Assembly: GCA_030704615.1 (NCBI GenBank)
Contig: CM060734.1
Span: 17,174,001 to 17,238,000 of the forward strand
Direction of reading: 5' to 3'
Length of the DNA stretch: 64,000 nucleotides
Origin: Takakia lepidozioides
Lineage: Eukaryota > Plantae > Bryophyta
Part shown: piece after piece, positions 24,378 to 37,019 of the stretch
How the letters are laid out: each line of letters begins with the position of its first letter
How positions within the stretch are numbered: the stretch's first letter is position 1
The notes under the pieces: model-generated
Database searches by the model: none
What the model saw: the letters and a program-made list of their open reading frames with translations, nothing else
What the model was told of the DNA's origin: nothing
Made by a program: the position numbers and the translations under genes

Positions 24378-25600
24378 CGGACACATAGGCCTAGGTTGTG
24401 GTGGACCAATCTTGCACCACCAGAGTTGCTCAAGAGAGCCTATGATTCCATTCAACGGCCATCCAACCTCACGGTTGAAGGCATTTTGGACCAAAGGAGG
24501 CAACCACAGAGGGTGCGACATGATGACCGTCCACCTTTGGCGGTGGTCAATCGAGTGGGGTAGCCATGTGCGGCCTTGCCTACACTCATGAGCTTTCCGT
24601 CTTCTCATGCTTTTTGAGACAATGGTCCAGGGTTGATTTGGAACAATGTGCTACAGCAGTTGGTGGAGCCCACTGCGGATGAGCGAGAGCGGACAATGGG
24701 GTTTGCCACGGGCATTACAGCTGTGCCAGCTCTGTCAGAGGCATTACGAAGACATGTATTGGGTCAAGCAATGGATCTAAATTGCTTGACATGGATCATT
24801 GGCTTATGCATGGCTGAGCAATGGAGATTGCAAGCAATGGTGGCTACTTCGATACTCCCATTGGATAGTGCATCCTCCCTGCCAACCGGGACGGTTGAGG
24901 CAGTGAGCAGGGGCGAGCATAGGATCATGGGATGCAAACACCCATGGCAATTGTGGGATGAGATGCGCAAAGAGAGAATCATTGGATCTCTCAAGCAACA
25001 ATATGAGGAGTGGGGAGAGCCATACACGGAGGATCAGTTGGAGGCCAAGGTGGTCAAGGTTCTTGAAGAGGTTGAGAATGTTTCTTGCTTTGAGGATGTT
25101 CTCAAGGTGGCTACGGCAAAGCAAGTAGAGGCTACGTCATAGTCAAGGTGGGCAAACAAGGCCCAAGAGGTTGATATCTAGCAATCAAATGATGCGTCTC
25201 CTACCTCCAAGCCTGGTGTACCCAAGGTTGCAGTCACTGAGGACAATTGGGAACCAGATGTTGGACCTACAGTCACCGGAGGAGAGAGATGGAGGATCCA
25301 GCAATTTCTAAGGGCTCATAGAAATTGCTTAATTGCCTTCGGTTTGAAGGATTTGGGGAGTTTGAAGGGCCGGGAGATTCGTATTGATTTGGCAAGTGAC
25401 ACGCCAATTTTTCGAAGGCCCTACAGGTATAGTAACATTGAGAGGTGATCCAGTCACGGACTATGAAGTTGTTCGAAGCTAGATTGGTGGAGTTGTTAGG
25501 CGGGGAGTATGCCTCGGCAACGGTGATGTCAGCTAAGAAGGATATCTAAGGCAATTGGACAAAAAGAATGATGTGTGGGGACTATTGTCCTGTGAACCAT
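24378..25600 (+). pseudogene. Second, diverged DNMT-retrotransposon copy B2 (DNMT motifs VIII-X, linker, RT N-terminus)
   Basis: HRPRLWWTNL, ERERTMGF, RRHVLGQAMDLNCLTWI, EDNWEPD, RRPYRYS, MCGDYCPVN; colinear with ~9360-10500. Confidence 0.88.
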
Positions 25601-25659
25601 ATGGAGGTAAGGTCGGCTGATACCTCATGGTCATGTGATCAATGGCATAACAAGAATAC

Positions 25660-27313
25660 AGTTTCCTTGCCCCTTAGATATGAGTCACCCGATTTCGGCA
25701 CTACACAAACACATGACTTGTCCAATTTACCTCTCCATACTTTTGTAAGCTAGCATGCATTCTACATACTGGCCAACCACACCATGCATCACCATTCCAA
25801 ACAAAATATATAACAACACATTTGGAAACGATGTCTTCATAAACAAGATTTGTACAGTACAAGTCTTTGCGATGGGATTTCCTGAGCTAGCTAAGCTGGA
25901 CTAAGCATGCATTTCCTCCCCCACGTTCCAAGGTTGGTGTCCCCATCAATGCTTCTTCCGCTTTTGAGGTCGCCCTTTGAAAGCTGCAACCTTCTTTGGG
26001 AGTTCTCGTGCTAGTGCGCACCTGGCGCGTGCGCGTACTATAACCGCGCTACCGAGGGGTTGCCTTGGAGTGCGGGCTAATGCGGAAGCTACGTGCTTCC
26101 GTTCACGTACTATAATCGTGTAACCTCGGGACGAAGTCTTAGTGCGGCTTTGGCGTGTTCCCATACCTCAGGCCAGCATCTCAAAACGGGCCCAATTGTA
26201 GTAATTGGGTCGCACGGTTGGTTCAAGGTTATCTTCCTAGTCAAAGGGGTTCCAGGCGAACCCTCGCTCAAGGTGATGCCAAAAAGTGACATCATGAGCG
26301 GTCACAAGCAATGTTGTTGCAGTAAGGCGATTCGATCCTCGGGGAGAATCGTACCTTGGCCATGGAGTGAGCCAAGAAGAGTGCACTGGGTGGAGCTTGG
26401 GAAGCTCTACCATTGGCCGTGACGTGGAGGAAGTCGGCCGAACTAGCTAGTGGGGAGTAAGAGTCAAGTGGGGGTTTGGTTCTTTGCCATGGGACACCAT
26501 CGCACGGAAACAAACCCATTGATGTGAGACGCCACAACTTGGATGTTAGTTTCCACAAACAGTGACAAGTCGATGAGAACATCGACTCCCTGTTGGTGGG
26601 GGTGTGTGTCGCGGCCCTTTGCCTTGAGGGCGGGGGGTCGGGACACAAGAGGGGCTGCTCCTGTGGTGGGGGCAGTGGCAACAGCAGAAAAGAAGGCTGA
26701 AGCACCCTTGAGTGCCAAAGGCACTCAAGGAGGCGGAGGCGCTCACTAGGTGAAGCCCCGCAAATCGGGTTGCGGTGGGGGCTCCACGTGGGGTGGTGGT
26801 AGCTTAAGGAGTCGTAGTGGGGGTGGCATAAGACTCACCATGAGGCTAAGGCCTTTGTGGTGGGAGTCGTGGGTAGTCTCGGGGCTCACCACGGTCCATT
26901 GGGGCCGTGGGGGTGGGCCAAGACTTACCGCGACTCATCACAGGGAGTCGAGGGCCGTGGTGGTGGTTCACATGAAAAAGACTTGGCTGTTTGTGAGATC
27001 CCCGCGGACACCTACATAAGTATATATAAGGGAGTAGTAACCCTGGGAACGGTGCAAGCCCGTTAGTGACCAAAAGCTAGAGGACAAGCGTGCGAGCCGG
27101 AAAGCGACCAAGGTGTGGGGAGCTATTCCGGACTACCAACAACCAAAGGGAATTTCCACTAGGCCCACTTTGTCGAGGGTCTCGTGGAGGAGCAAGGGAG
27201 ACCGAGCAGTTGAAGCTCCGAGTTGGCCAGCGGCCAGTTTGGGAGTTAGGTACGTGCATCAAAGCGAATAACTATGACTTAAGGGGGAAGTTACCAAAGT
27301 GAGGCGCGCGACA
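25660..27313 (+). mobile_element. Chromovirus A3 3' remnant: inverted chromodomain-end/UTR piece (25660-25991), 3' UTR, PPT and complete LTR (26607-27313)
   Basis: Reverse-complement homology to 610-1560 and to the other LTRs. It is more diverged than A1 and A2. Confidence 0.87.
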
Positions 27314-27509
27314 AATACAACCAGTATTGTACAAATCTTAGAACACACACGGATAACGCAATGCAGCCTGGGGACCGCACGACGTCTGCGCATTTGGTGA
27401 AAATGACGCGCGATGATGGAGTTACACGTGAGGTTTTGATGTCACCCAATCGTGTAACCCACGTTTGAATTGAAAATGTCTAACACCTCTTGGAGCCTGC
27501 CAAATTTTC

Positions 27510-28175
27510 CCACCACGGGTTACAGACTTGGGTTATACGACGCAGGGTTATATGCGTTGGGGATACATGATCTGGGATGACACGATATAGGGGTGACACG
27601 AAAGGGGGTTACACGTCGGGGGTTACAGAGGGTGACTCTACATATGGGGCGGGGCTACATGGCGAGGATTACATGATGTGGGGTTACATGGGGCGGGGTT
27701 ATACGTTGAGGGCTACATGGGGTGACGGTTACATAGGGCGGGGTTATACGGTGAGGGTTACATGAGGTGGAGTTATAGGGGCTGACCTGCGGCGGTTTAC
27801 ATGGGGTGTCACGAGATGGGGTTACAGGGAGCATGGTGGGCTGGCTGGCGGTTACACTGTGAGGGTTACATGGAGCGGGGTTACAAAGGGTGACTCTGCA
27901 CATGGGGCGAGGTTACACGGTGAGGGTTACATTATGTGGGGTTACATGGGGCGGGATTACACAGTGAGGGCTACATGAGGCGGAGTTACAGGGGCTGACC
28001 TGCATGGGGTTACAAGGGGTGTGGGTTACAAGGAACTGGAGTAGCACATTGAGGGTTACACGGTGAGGGTTACATGAGGCGGGGCTATAGGGTGAGGGTT
28101 ACATGGGGCGGGGTTAAGGGGATGACATGCATGGGGTTACATAGGGTGTGGGTTACAAGGAAGATGGGGTTACAG
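27510..28175 (+). repeat. Degenerate G-rich minisatellite built on GGGTTACA
   Basis: Many variants of (G/A)GGGTTACA(T/C)GG with irregular spacing. Confidence 0.85.
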
Positions 28176-28888
28176 GGAACTGGTGGGCTGATGGAACCGG
28201 TGGAATGGTGTTGCAGGATGACAAGGCGGGCGGCGACGCTGATGGGGGTGAGAGCGGGGTTGGGGAGGATTTGACCGAGCCCTGCCGGCTGGCAATCGAT
28301 GGCTGCCGGAGCCCTCAAACCAGTGGTACGGGGTGTCAGGCCGGAACGGGCCTGACGCGCTCGCAATTAGTTCTTACATTATTCCTATTATCTTCTTTAG
28401 GGGCAAGGCCGATAAATTTAAATAAATTTTAAACGTTATGTCAATCATTAGCAGGATCATATCATTAATAGTTTCCAGTCATCCATTGGTCGATTACTCA
28501 CACTGGTCCAAAAAAAACATTAATTCCGGGTACATGGCTCCATGCTCTCCATGCCATGCAACCGAAAGGCTTAACCGAGGGTGGTACACGTACACACGTA
28601 CACATACACGTGTATGTGAACTGGGAAGGCTGAGATACGTACATATGCGCTAATGTCAACCCCTAATACGTACGTACATACTGCACGTCACAGGCGGCCA
28701 GTTGGCCCGGTAGCTTGCGGATGAGAAAATGGACGAGTGATGGATGAGAAGAATGGTGAGGTGGAGGGCCAACGTTCTCGAGTAGAAAAAGAAAACAAGG
28801 GCAGGGCAGCTGTAGCTCTCGCAGTGCGTACTTTTTGAGGGAGGAGTGCGAGGATCAGAGGCGAGGCAGTGATTGCAAGCAGAAAGAG

Positions 28889-30780
28889 ATGGTGTGGAGG
28901 GAGAGGTATGTGAGTGATGAGGTGATGGGCACGTTTGCCCCTATTTTAGTGTATTGGATCTATGCCGGGCTGTACAATCTGTTGCCGCCTCTGGAGCGCT
29001 TCAGGATGCATTCTGTCAAGGAGGAGGAGCAGAAGAACTTGGTGACCAAGCCGCAGGTGGTAAGGGGCGTAGTTTTGCAGCAGGCGGTGCAAGCCGTTGT
29101 CGCTCTTGCCATGTTTGCGGTACTGGCCCTGTCTCCTATCTCGCTCCCTCCCTCCCTCGCTGTTGTGTTGTGCTCTGTCTACCAGAGATCAAAATAGGGG
29201 TTTGGCTGGGGGATGGTAATAAGCTTAGTCTGAGCAGAAGTGATGCGGGAGGCCAGTAAATTATCCTGCAATTGAGCTTGTGCTGGTATGAGACGCAAAA
29301 AGGGGCAGGGGGCGAAATCTATCTTTTTTTTGGCTTGAAAGGCTTGAAAGATCATACGGATATGTCAAGGATGATTAATTGTTCGGGTGACAGCAATTGG
29401 AGATTGATCAGCCACGGCTCTGTGATCAAAGTCGGAGGGTCCTGGGGTGGATCCTTTGTATGAGGAACAGGTTATTGCTGCTTTAGTAATTTGTAGCTTG
29501 TCCGCCTCTAGCAACGTGAAATTCAATCTCAGCCCCAAATAATGCCTTGAAATCCTTAGAATACGAAGCTATCCTGATGGATGCAAGGATTTAGAAACTT
29601 CGTCATTTACTGTCTTTCATGTATTGAAACGTTACATTGGATTTGAAGTATAATGAGCAATAGGAGATCTAAGATATGGCAATTTTCACACTTGGTTCAC
29701 CTTAGGAGCTAATCATGTATGCGCACCTTAGGCACTATTGATGCACGTTATAGGAGCACAAGCTTGTTGTTTAGAGAGATTATTCTTAGAAAGTGCTTTA
29801 TACTTTATGTGACATGGTACATCTATCTCTACACCAAAGGTCTATGATGAAGAGAATGAAAGATACCAACAAATCAGATCATTAGTGTGCATGAAATCCA
29901 TTTCCCTGCATTTGTAGGAGCATTCTAGGACTGTGACACCTGTACATTGTTGATTTGATTCTAGGTGACACTCAAATATTGCTAGACTTCCTGAGGTTAA
30001 AGAATATGGTTCAAGCTAATTCACTGCCTAGATTGGGTGAAGGTAGACGGATGTTCTACTTTTAGCTCTTCTCCCTTTTAAACTTATGGTCATGGTTCCT
30101 GTTTCTACTTTGGATGGAGCTAAAAGGCAGGTATAGGTGGGAAAGAGAGCACAAGAAGAGCGCAGAAGGGCCAGTAGGGTTAAGCAGAAGTACTGTGGAA
30201 GGAGTTGCTGATGTAAGCGTTTTTTTGGTTTGGGGGTGTCCAGATGACAGGACAAACAGAGAAGAGGAAGCAGCCATCAATGATGGTACAGACAGGACAG
30301 GTGATGGTAGCAATGCTGTTGATGGATACATGGCAGTACTTCATGCACCGGTTTATGCATACCAACAAGTTTCTGTACAAGCATGTGCACTCTCAGCACC
30401 ACCGCCTGGTGGTTCCCTATGCCTTTGGTGCTCTATACAATCATCCCTTGGAGGGGTTACTGCTGGATACTATAGGAGGTGCTGTCTCCTTCCTTCTCTC
30501 TGGAATGACACCTCGGACCTCTATCTTCTTTTTCTCGTTTGCGACAATCAAAACAGTGGATGATCATTGCGGGCTATGGCTGCCAGGCAATCCATTTCAC
30601 TTGTTGTTCCAGAACAACACTGCATATCATGACATTCACCATCAGCTGCATGGCACAAAATATAACTTCTCACAGCCCTTCTTCGTGATGTGGGATAAAC
30701 TCCTTGGCACCCACATGCCTTTTATTCTTGACAGGAGACCCGATGGTGGTTTGGAAGCCAGACCGGCAAAGGCTGATTAG
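28889..30780 (+). CDS. SBH: Sphingoid base (sphinganine) C4-hydroxylase, fatty acid hydroxylase superfamily; exons 28889-29119 and 30244-30780, ~255 aa
   Basis: Starts MVW...VSDEVMGTFAPILVYWIY. Phase-0 GT..AG intron at 29120-30243. His boxes HRFMH, HSQHH and HDIHH, plus DDHCGLWLPGN, NFSQPFF and GGLEARP at the end. Confidence 0.93.
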
Positions 30781-32054
30781 TATCTTTGTCTCTCTCTTCC
30801 CCCTTCTACAAAAGAGAATTGTGCTCTCTTGTATTTGTTCCCACTGGTATGAGATGTAGGTTAGTTAAACATTTTTACGATAGTGTAGACTGGGCAGCTT
30901 GGTGTATACTGGTTGGTGGAGGATAACAAGGATAGAGGGATAGTTAGACGCGTTTAAGCATCCGGCCACGTAAAGTTGTGGCCTTTGCCATTGTGAGTTG
31001 CATAGGAAAAGAGGCTTGCACCCTTTACTTGCAGTCTCCCTCTGAATTGAAGGAGGTCCGTTGTGAGGTAACTTAGTGCATTTAAGCATGAGCTTTGTAC
31101 AGATGGTGAATTAGCCCTCTTGGCTCAGGAAGGCTACTTGTGGGCTTCTGCTCCAATCACCCATATTGCTTGTGCCTTGTTGTGTTTGTGACTTCGGGTC
31201 TGTTTCTTTTTCAAGCATCAGTACTCTGATTCCTTTGATGTCAGTTCCTGTCTTCCACACATGCAATAAGCAGTGAGATAAATCTGGAATTTAGGGAGGC
31301 AATATTTTTTAGTCCAGATGTGATGCAACTTTCGATGTGAAACTACCCACAAACATCTGTAGTGATATTGTGGGTGCCTTGTGGCGGAAGAGACCAACAA
31401 AAATCTAACACAGAAAGTTGACTACTAGACACAAATCTGTTTTGGAGAAATGTTTTCCCATCTTTTGGAGACTCTGCAGTGCCTCTCTCACACAGCTTTT
31501 CCCTCTCTTCCATTGAGTGTGACTGCCATGTTCCAGGTTCCCTCTCTTGGATTTCTTCTTCTTTCCTCATATTGTTTGTTCATTGCATTCCAGATATTTT
31601 TGCCTTAGGACTGTACAAGCTGTCATACAGGTCATACACGTTGTCATATCAAGAACTTTTTGTAATGACTGGGGACAGCCTTGCTGGTAAATGATCAGTA
31701 ATGAGCTTTGAGCTCACTCGTATTGTCCACATGTGGTCAATACAGTCAGCTGAGTTGGACATTTTGGAACTGACACACCCAATATTTTGGATCTATAAAT
31801 AGCAAGACTACAAGTTTTAGACTTGAACATAGGTTTCAGTGTAATAGTAGTTCTTGATGCCTTACTGCCATTATCCCCAGATCACCAGATCCTTCAGATC
31901 AGAAAGTGTGCAGTCAAGTCCCTCCCTGAATTGAGTTTCCTGAGCATAAACTTTTACGTTGAGCAGGTGAATAGCTGTACCTTTCTATGATGACTGGCCA
32001 AGCCCCATTGGTTGTGTGGGGTCCCCTTGATTTGTTGCTCTTTCACGATGGAGT

Positions 32055-32325
32055 ATTCAGAATATGTCATTCATCATTGAAGGAGTCTTGTTTTTCTTAT
32101 ACAACAATCAGGACCAACACCACCTTTGGTACATACCAGATCAGCATAAACACTTGAGCCTTTAAGAATGAGTTGCAGGTGTTGCAATTCCAAGAGCCCA
32201 GCCTGATAATGTAGACCAGCCAGCATGCTATGTCTATGTTCCATGAATGCACAAAGGTCTGGATCTGGTTTTCCAATCATCTCTCCAAAACTCAATCAGA
32301 GTGGAGTGCTACAATGAGCATAATC
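32055..32325. repeat. ~270-bp segment duplicated almost exactly at ~34297-34568
   Basis: The two 73-aa ORF-track translations differ at a single residue. Confidence 0.9.
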
Positions 32326-33709
32326 CATACCGGATGAAAAATATGCTCCAGACCTTATAAGGCTATCCAATGATGCTTAAGATAGGCCTTCTTATGCTGA
32401 TTTAACACGGTAAGTACCAAGCGGTAGTTTTTGAACATTGAGGTCAGAGTTCTAAATTTAAAACAGCCCTGGTTACATTGTTTTAACTTAGAGATTACCA
32501 AGCAGCTGGCGTGATGGGCTTTTCAGATTACATAACACTTGTTTTAAGGTTGCCAAGCGATGCCATTGGAACCATCCTTTGAATTTGAAACATGTTCAGT
32601 TTTACTATGTTGACTTGGAAAGTACCAAGCAGTACTTGACTTGGAAGAATACCAAGCAGTGGTCTTGTTGGGGTTTTTCAAAAACACAGGGGCTGGTTTA
32701 ACTTATCAAACTAGCCTTTTGGAATACCCTTTGAGTTGGTGTTGTCTATAAAATAATTCAAAACATGTTCCATCAGGGATTAGAAAGAAGGTATTTCCAA
32801 ACCAGGTAGGCTTAGGAAAATTTTTGTTAATCCCAAACAGATAATTGGAGAGAGGGAGAGAGAGGGAGAGAGAGGGAGAGAGGGGACGCCCACCATCCAA
32901 CCCCTGGCATGGCAGTCCCTTATGGAGTGAGTGTGGTATGCACTCACCCCGTAAGGGAGTGCATACCAGACCCATTCTCATAAGGCTCTCCCTCTACAAT
33001 GTAGTTCTATCCTTGGACTTGAATACCAAAAAGATAAAAGGTCTACATTCTCTCTGCCCTTAGATCACGAGTGAACATTGGCATAGCATAAATCAAACTT
33101 GGCAAGAATATAGAGTCATGCGTTTTCCATGTTACCTCTTATCTTGTCAACGAGCTCTTGTAAAGAAGTAGAGACCAAGGAAGGATCTCCGTGCGATGTA
33201 GTTTTATCTTTGGTTAAAAAGCTACAGTCTCTGCTTCCCAAGTCAAGAGAAAATATGGACAAAACATTCATATAGCTGGGCACGCAAGAGTTCAGAAATT
33301 ACAGGTGTTCTTCAACCGATGGCAGTAAATTACTGCACATTTTTCCACCATATCAGCCAACTTTATGGTTAGAACCGTTTTTCCAAAGGTATGAAGAACT
33401 TGTGTTCTTCAGCCAGTGGCAGTAGTCTACTGCCAGTGATTCACAACATGAACATGTGAATAAGAACATTGGCAACAATCTGCTACCCATCTTTTCACCA
33501 TATCAGCCAGCTTTATAGTTTTAAAACCAGATTTCCTTAAGGTATGGAAAAAGGACATATCACGTTACACCTGGGCATTTTTTTAGTGGTGCCATAAAGA
33601 GCAAACCCACATCCAGGAGAAGTATTAAAGCCCACTAGTAGGGAAGGCTTTTCATCATAAGGGATCTGATGCTGACATAAGGCATCAACTACAGGTTACC
33701 AGTTAACAG

Positions 33710-34290
33710 GAGTAATGTGCATTGACCGGATCATGTAGAAGGTGTACACACATACTCTAACAGGCTGTTTTACCCGGGCCTAGCTTATAATATCAGTATG
33801 CAAGAAACCCTTAGATGTTCTTCAAGTAATATCAGCGATGCCTTTCTCTCGTTGTCCAATCCGCCAACAAATTTTTGTTGGAGAGGATCATCATACCTTA
33901 TGAGGTATTTGTTGCTCCACACTATTGTTATGGAGGTATAGGGGGCTGATACCCCATGGCTTTCCTAGACCCATGCAAAAGCCATTAAAGGTGTTAGTAC
34001 ATCATAGTAAGAAAACTGGAAAATGGCAGGTGAGAGAGAGACAGAGAGTGTGTACAGAAACCACTAAGTACACTGGTCAAGAATAGAGAGGGAAGATACT
34101 ATGTCTTGTCGGGACATGGACAAGATCAAACAAGGTCTTTGTCAAATTAACGACAAATCAGCCTCATAACAAGGCACTATCTGACTTCACCTTCCATAGG
34201 CAGTATCTTACCTGATAAAAACTCATGTCATCTTCCTGAAAACACGTGAAAAATTAGGGTGGGAGGGTGGGATTTCCAAGACAACCATCA
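33710..34290. repeat. Diverged dispersed repeat, homologous to ~55295-55900
   Basis: Shared colinear blocks CATTGACCGGATCA.GTAGAAGGTGTACACA, AAGTACACTGGTCAA and AGGGTGGGAGGGTGGG. Confidence 0.7.
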
Positions 34291-34296
34291 CCCTAG

Positions 34297-34632
34297 ATTC
34301 AGAATATGTCATTCATCATTGAAGGAGTCTTGTTTTTCTTATAAAACAATCGGGACCAACACCACCTTTGGTACATACCAGATCAGCATAAACACTTGAG
34401 CCTTTAAGAATGAGTTGCAGGTGTTGCAATTCCAAGAGCCCAGCCTGATAATGTAGACCAGCCAGCATGCTATGTCTATGTTCCATGAATGCACAAAGGT
34501 CTGGATCTGGTTTTCCAATCATCTCTCCAAAACTCAATCAGAGTGGAGTGCTACAATGAGCATAATCAGAATTTTATAGACAACACCAACTCAAAGGGTA
34601 TTCCAAAAGGCTAGTTTGATAAGTTAAACCAG
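34297..34632. repeat. Direct copy of 32055-32325 fused to an inverted copy of ~32693-32757
   Basis: TTTTATAGACAACACCAACTCAAAGGG...GTTAAACCAG is the reverse complement of ~32693-32753. Confidence 0.85.
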
Positions 34633-35089
34633 GTACAACGGCTGCAATCCTGTTTAACTGGAGGAGCCCAATGACTCATGAGCTAGTTTTCAGAGCTGTC
34701 GAAGTTCCGTTGACAACGTGACTTGTACTCAGAAGGCATAGGGCTATAGATTTGCTTACACCATCAGCACAATAGACGTGCTTGAAATGCAATTCATGTG
34801 GATCAATAAAAACCCCATTGTGCCACCTTTTTTGTTCGATTCTGCATCCATCGTTCTCACAATGCATCATTCGTCATATCGTTTCGGATTGGGAGTGGGG
34901 GTGGATTTTGGAAGTGGCTGGAAGGCTGTAATGGGCACCCATTGTACTGAGCAGTACCACCCTACCATTCGCACTTTCAATATGTAATTCTAAAAAACAT
35001 TGCTCAACCTCTTTCATCGGGAGGTCCTTGTCCCCCTATGACTGTGACACCCTAAACCCTATTCCTGTGGATAATCATTTCTGAAAAAA

Positions 35090-35176
35090 AATCTTGCTCA
35101 TGGTTTTTTCGACAGTTACGAGTCTGCTCATGGCTCATGCCGTTCATGGATCTTGGCTCATGAAATAGCAGCCCCC
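35090..35176 (-). repeat. TIR-like terminus of the MULE family (GCTCATGAAATAGCA.CCC)
   Basis: Same motif and GCTCATG subrepeats as 55138-55193 and, inverted, 60227-60302. Confidence 0.6.
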
Positions 35177-37019
35177 TTGACTTATAAAGATGGATTGGTC
35201 TTTCAAAAGAGATGGGATCTTGGCCTGAGATATCCCTAAATGTAGGAACAAACACATGGTGGATTGTGTGTGTGTGAAACACATGAGTCTTTTGTAGGGA
35301 ACTGTGGTGGGAATGTAGCAGCAGAGAAACAAATAGACTTTTGTTGGATGGGTTCAATATCATACATCAGTCGTCGTGGTTCCGCAAACACAACATCCTT
35401 GCAAAGGCCCGGAGGACGTGTGTGTTGTCGATGACAATGACCTTGCAGACAGCAACGAAGCCCTTTGATTTTCCCCCTGATGACAAGCGAAAGAGCACTG
35501 CCAGCTCCAATAATGGAGGAACTGGGTCCCACCTACCCACTTATCATCGTGTAACGTGTTCATCACGCCAGTGGCGGATGAACCGCTTACTCATTCTCAT
35601 CCATGGGGAACAGTTGGCCACCTGCCACCGAAGTCCATCCCCTCGGATGGAAATTCGACGCCGCATTTACATCGAAGGGGAGATGGATGAAGTCGTATCG
35701 AGGGGCTATAGGCCCACCTGGCACTAACGGCCCATAATTTGCATGGCACGGATGGAAACTAAAACGGCTATATTCATGGAGCAGCCAACCTTCATCTGTG
35801 CAAGTTCCTGTAAGGGGGAAATTTAAATGTGCCCTGGAGTGTAAGTGAGGAATTGCAGCATTTGCAAATAAATTGTCATCTCCTTGCACAACTTCCTGCC
35901 TCCGTGCTGGTGCCTCCTCCATCCAAAAGCTGCTGTCATTCAGCGTACTCCGCTACTCTTTTGCAAGGATGTCCTGCCGCCGCAATACTGCTGACTACCC
36001 TTATCATGGCCACGATTATGCGATGTTCAAACCCAAATCAGGAGACATCATTGTCTGGCTCTTTGTTTTCACTGACGCTTCTGGAGTCAAGCTGGAGTCA
36101 TTGCGCGCAATGGAGTATTTGGAGGACTATTACTGCTTTGAGTGAGGTGAGGGTGAGGGTCAATGCGGTCCGTGGGTGCTGCAAATTGTTGACCTCGATG
36201 TACCCTGTTGGAATGGGAAGCCGGACAGATCACGCACGGCCATGCTTTGGCGCTGGAACTGCTGCCAGTGGACCAGGAGGACTGCACCGGGGAAAACTAT
36301 ATTTGTGGAGTTCACTCCGCTTTTCCAGTGTATGGAGACATTCGGCTGAGTTGCGAAGACGAATCGCACTTGCACATGAAATGACCATGTCGATGTATGA
36401 TGGTGGTATCATTGATGGGCATGACATTGTCGTCAGCTCCACCAAGGGCACCAGAACAACCGCAATGCAGTTTACCTGGAGGTGCCGCGTCACTAATGAG
36501 CTTTTTTTAGGGCTATCGAAGTTCTGTCGACTTGGTGACGCCCATGTAGAAGGCGGAAGGGTTTAGATTTGTTTGGATTTGCTTAATGTGAGACACCGTG
36601 TTCGATCAATAAAACAACCCATCGTGCCCTCACTTCTGTGTACTGTGTTTCCTTGTATTCAATGAACTATTGTTATTGGCCCACTGTTCAGAATTTGTGG
36701 TCTCATTTGTACAATGTCTCTCTCCACATCAATTGCCAGAAGAGCGATATCAGAGTCATGAGGTCGAGGAAATGCATCTTTGAAGAAACGGAAACATGTA
36801 CATGCCCAAGTTCGGAAATGCGGCACCGCATTTCCTTTGTTCCCATGCATTGATGTCCGGCAGCTTCGAGCGCAGCTACGGCGTGAGCCTAGCCGCGTGA
36901 GCCCAGGGGTTTAGTGGAGGAAGAAGTAGGTCCCATACCCGAGTCCTCTGTTTAGAGAGGGTCCTATTGTCGTGGAAGCAGTTATAGCGCTTAAAAAAAG
37001 AGGTATAGAAAACATGGAA

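Noticed and set aside
27510-28175. Interstitial telomere (GGGTTA-like)
   Set aside because: The units are GGGTTACA with long irregular spacers, not tandem TTAGGG or TTTAGGG.
32074-32295. Duplicated 73-aa ORF as a gene
   Set aside because: It has a non-ATG start and no recognisable domain; the identity reflects a recent DNA duplication.
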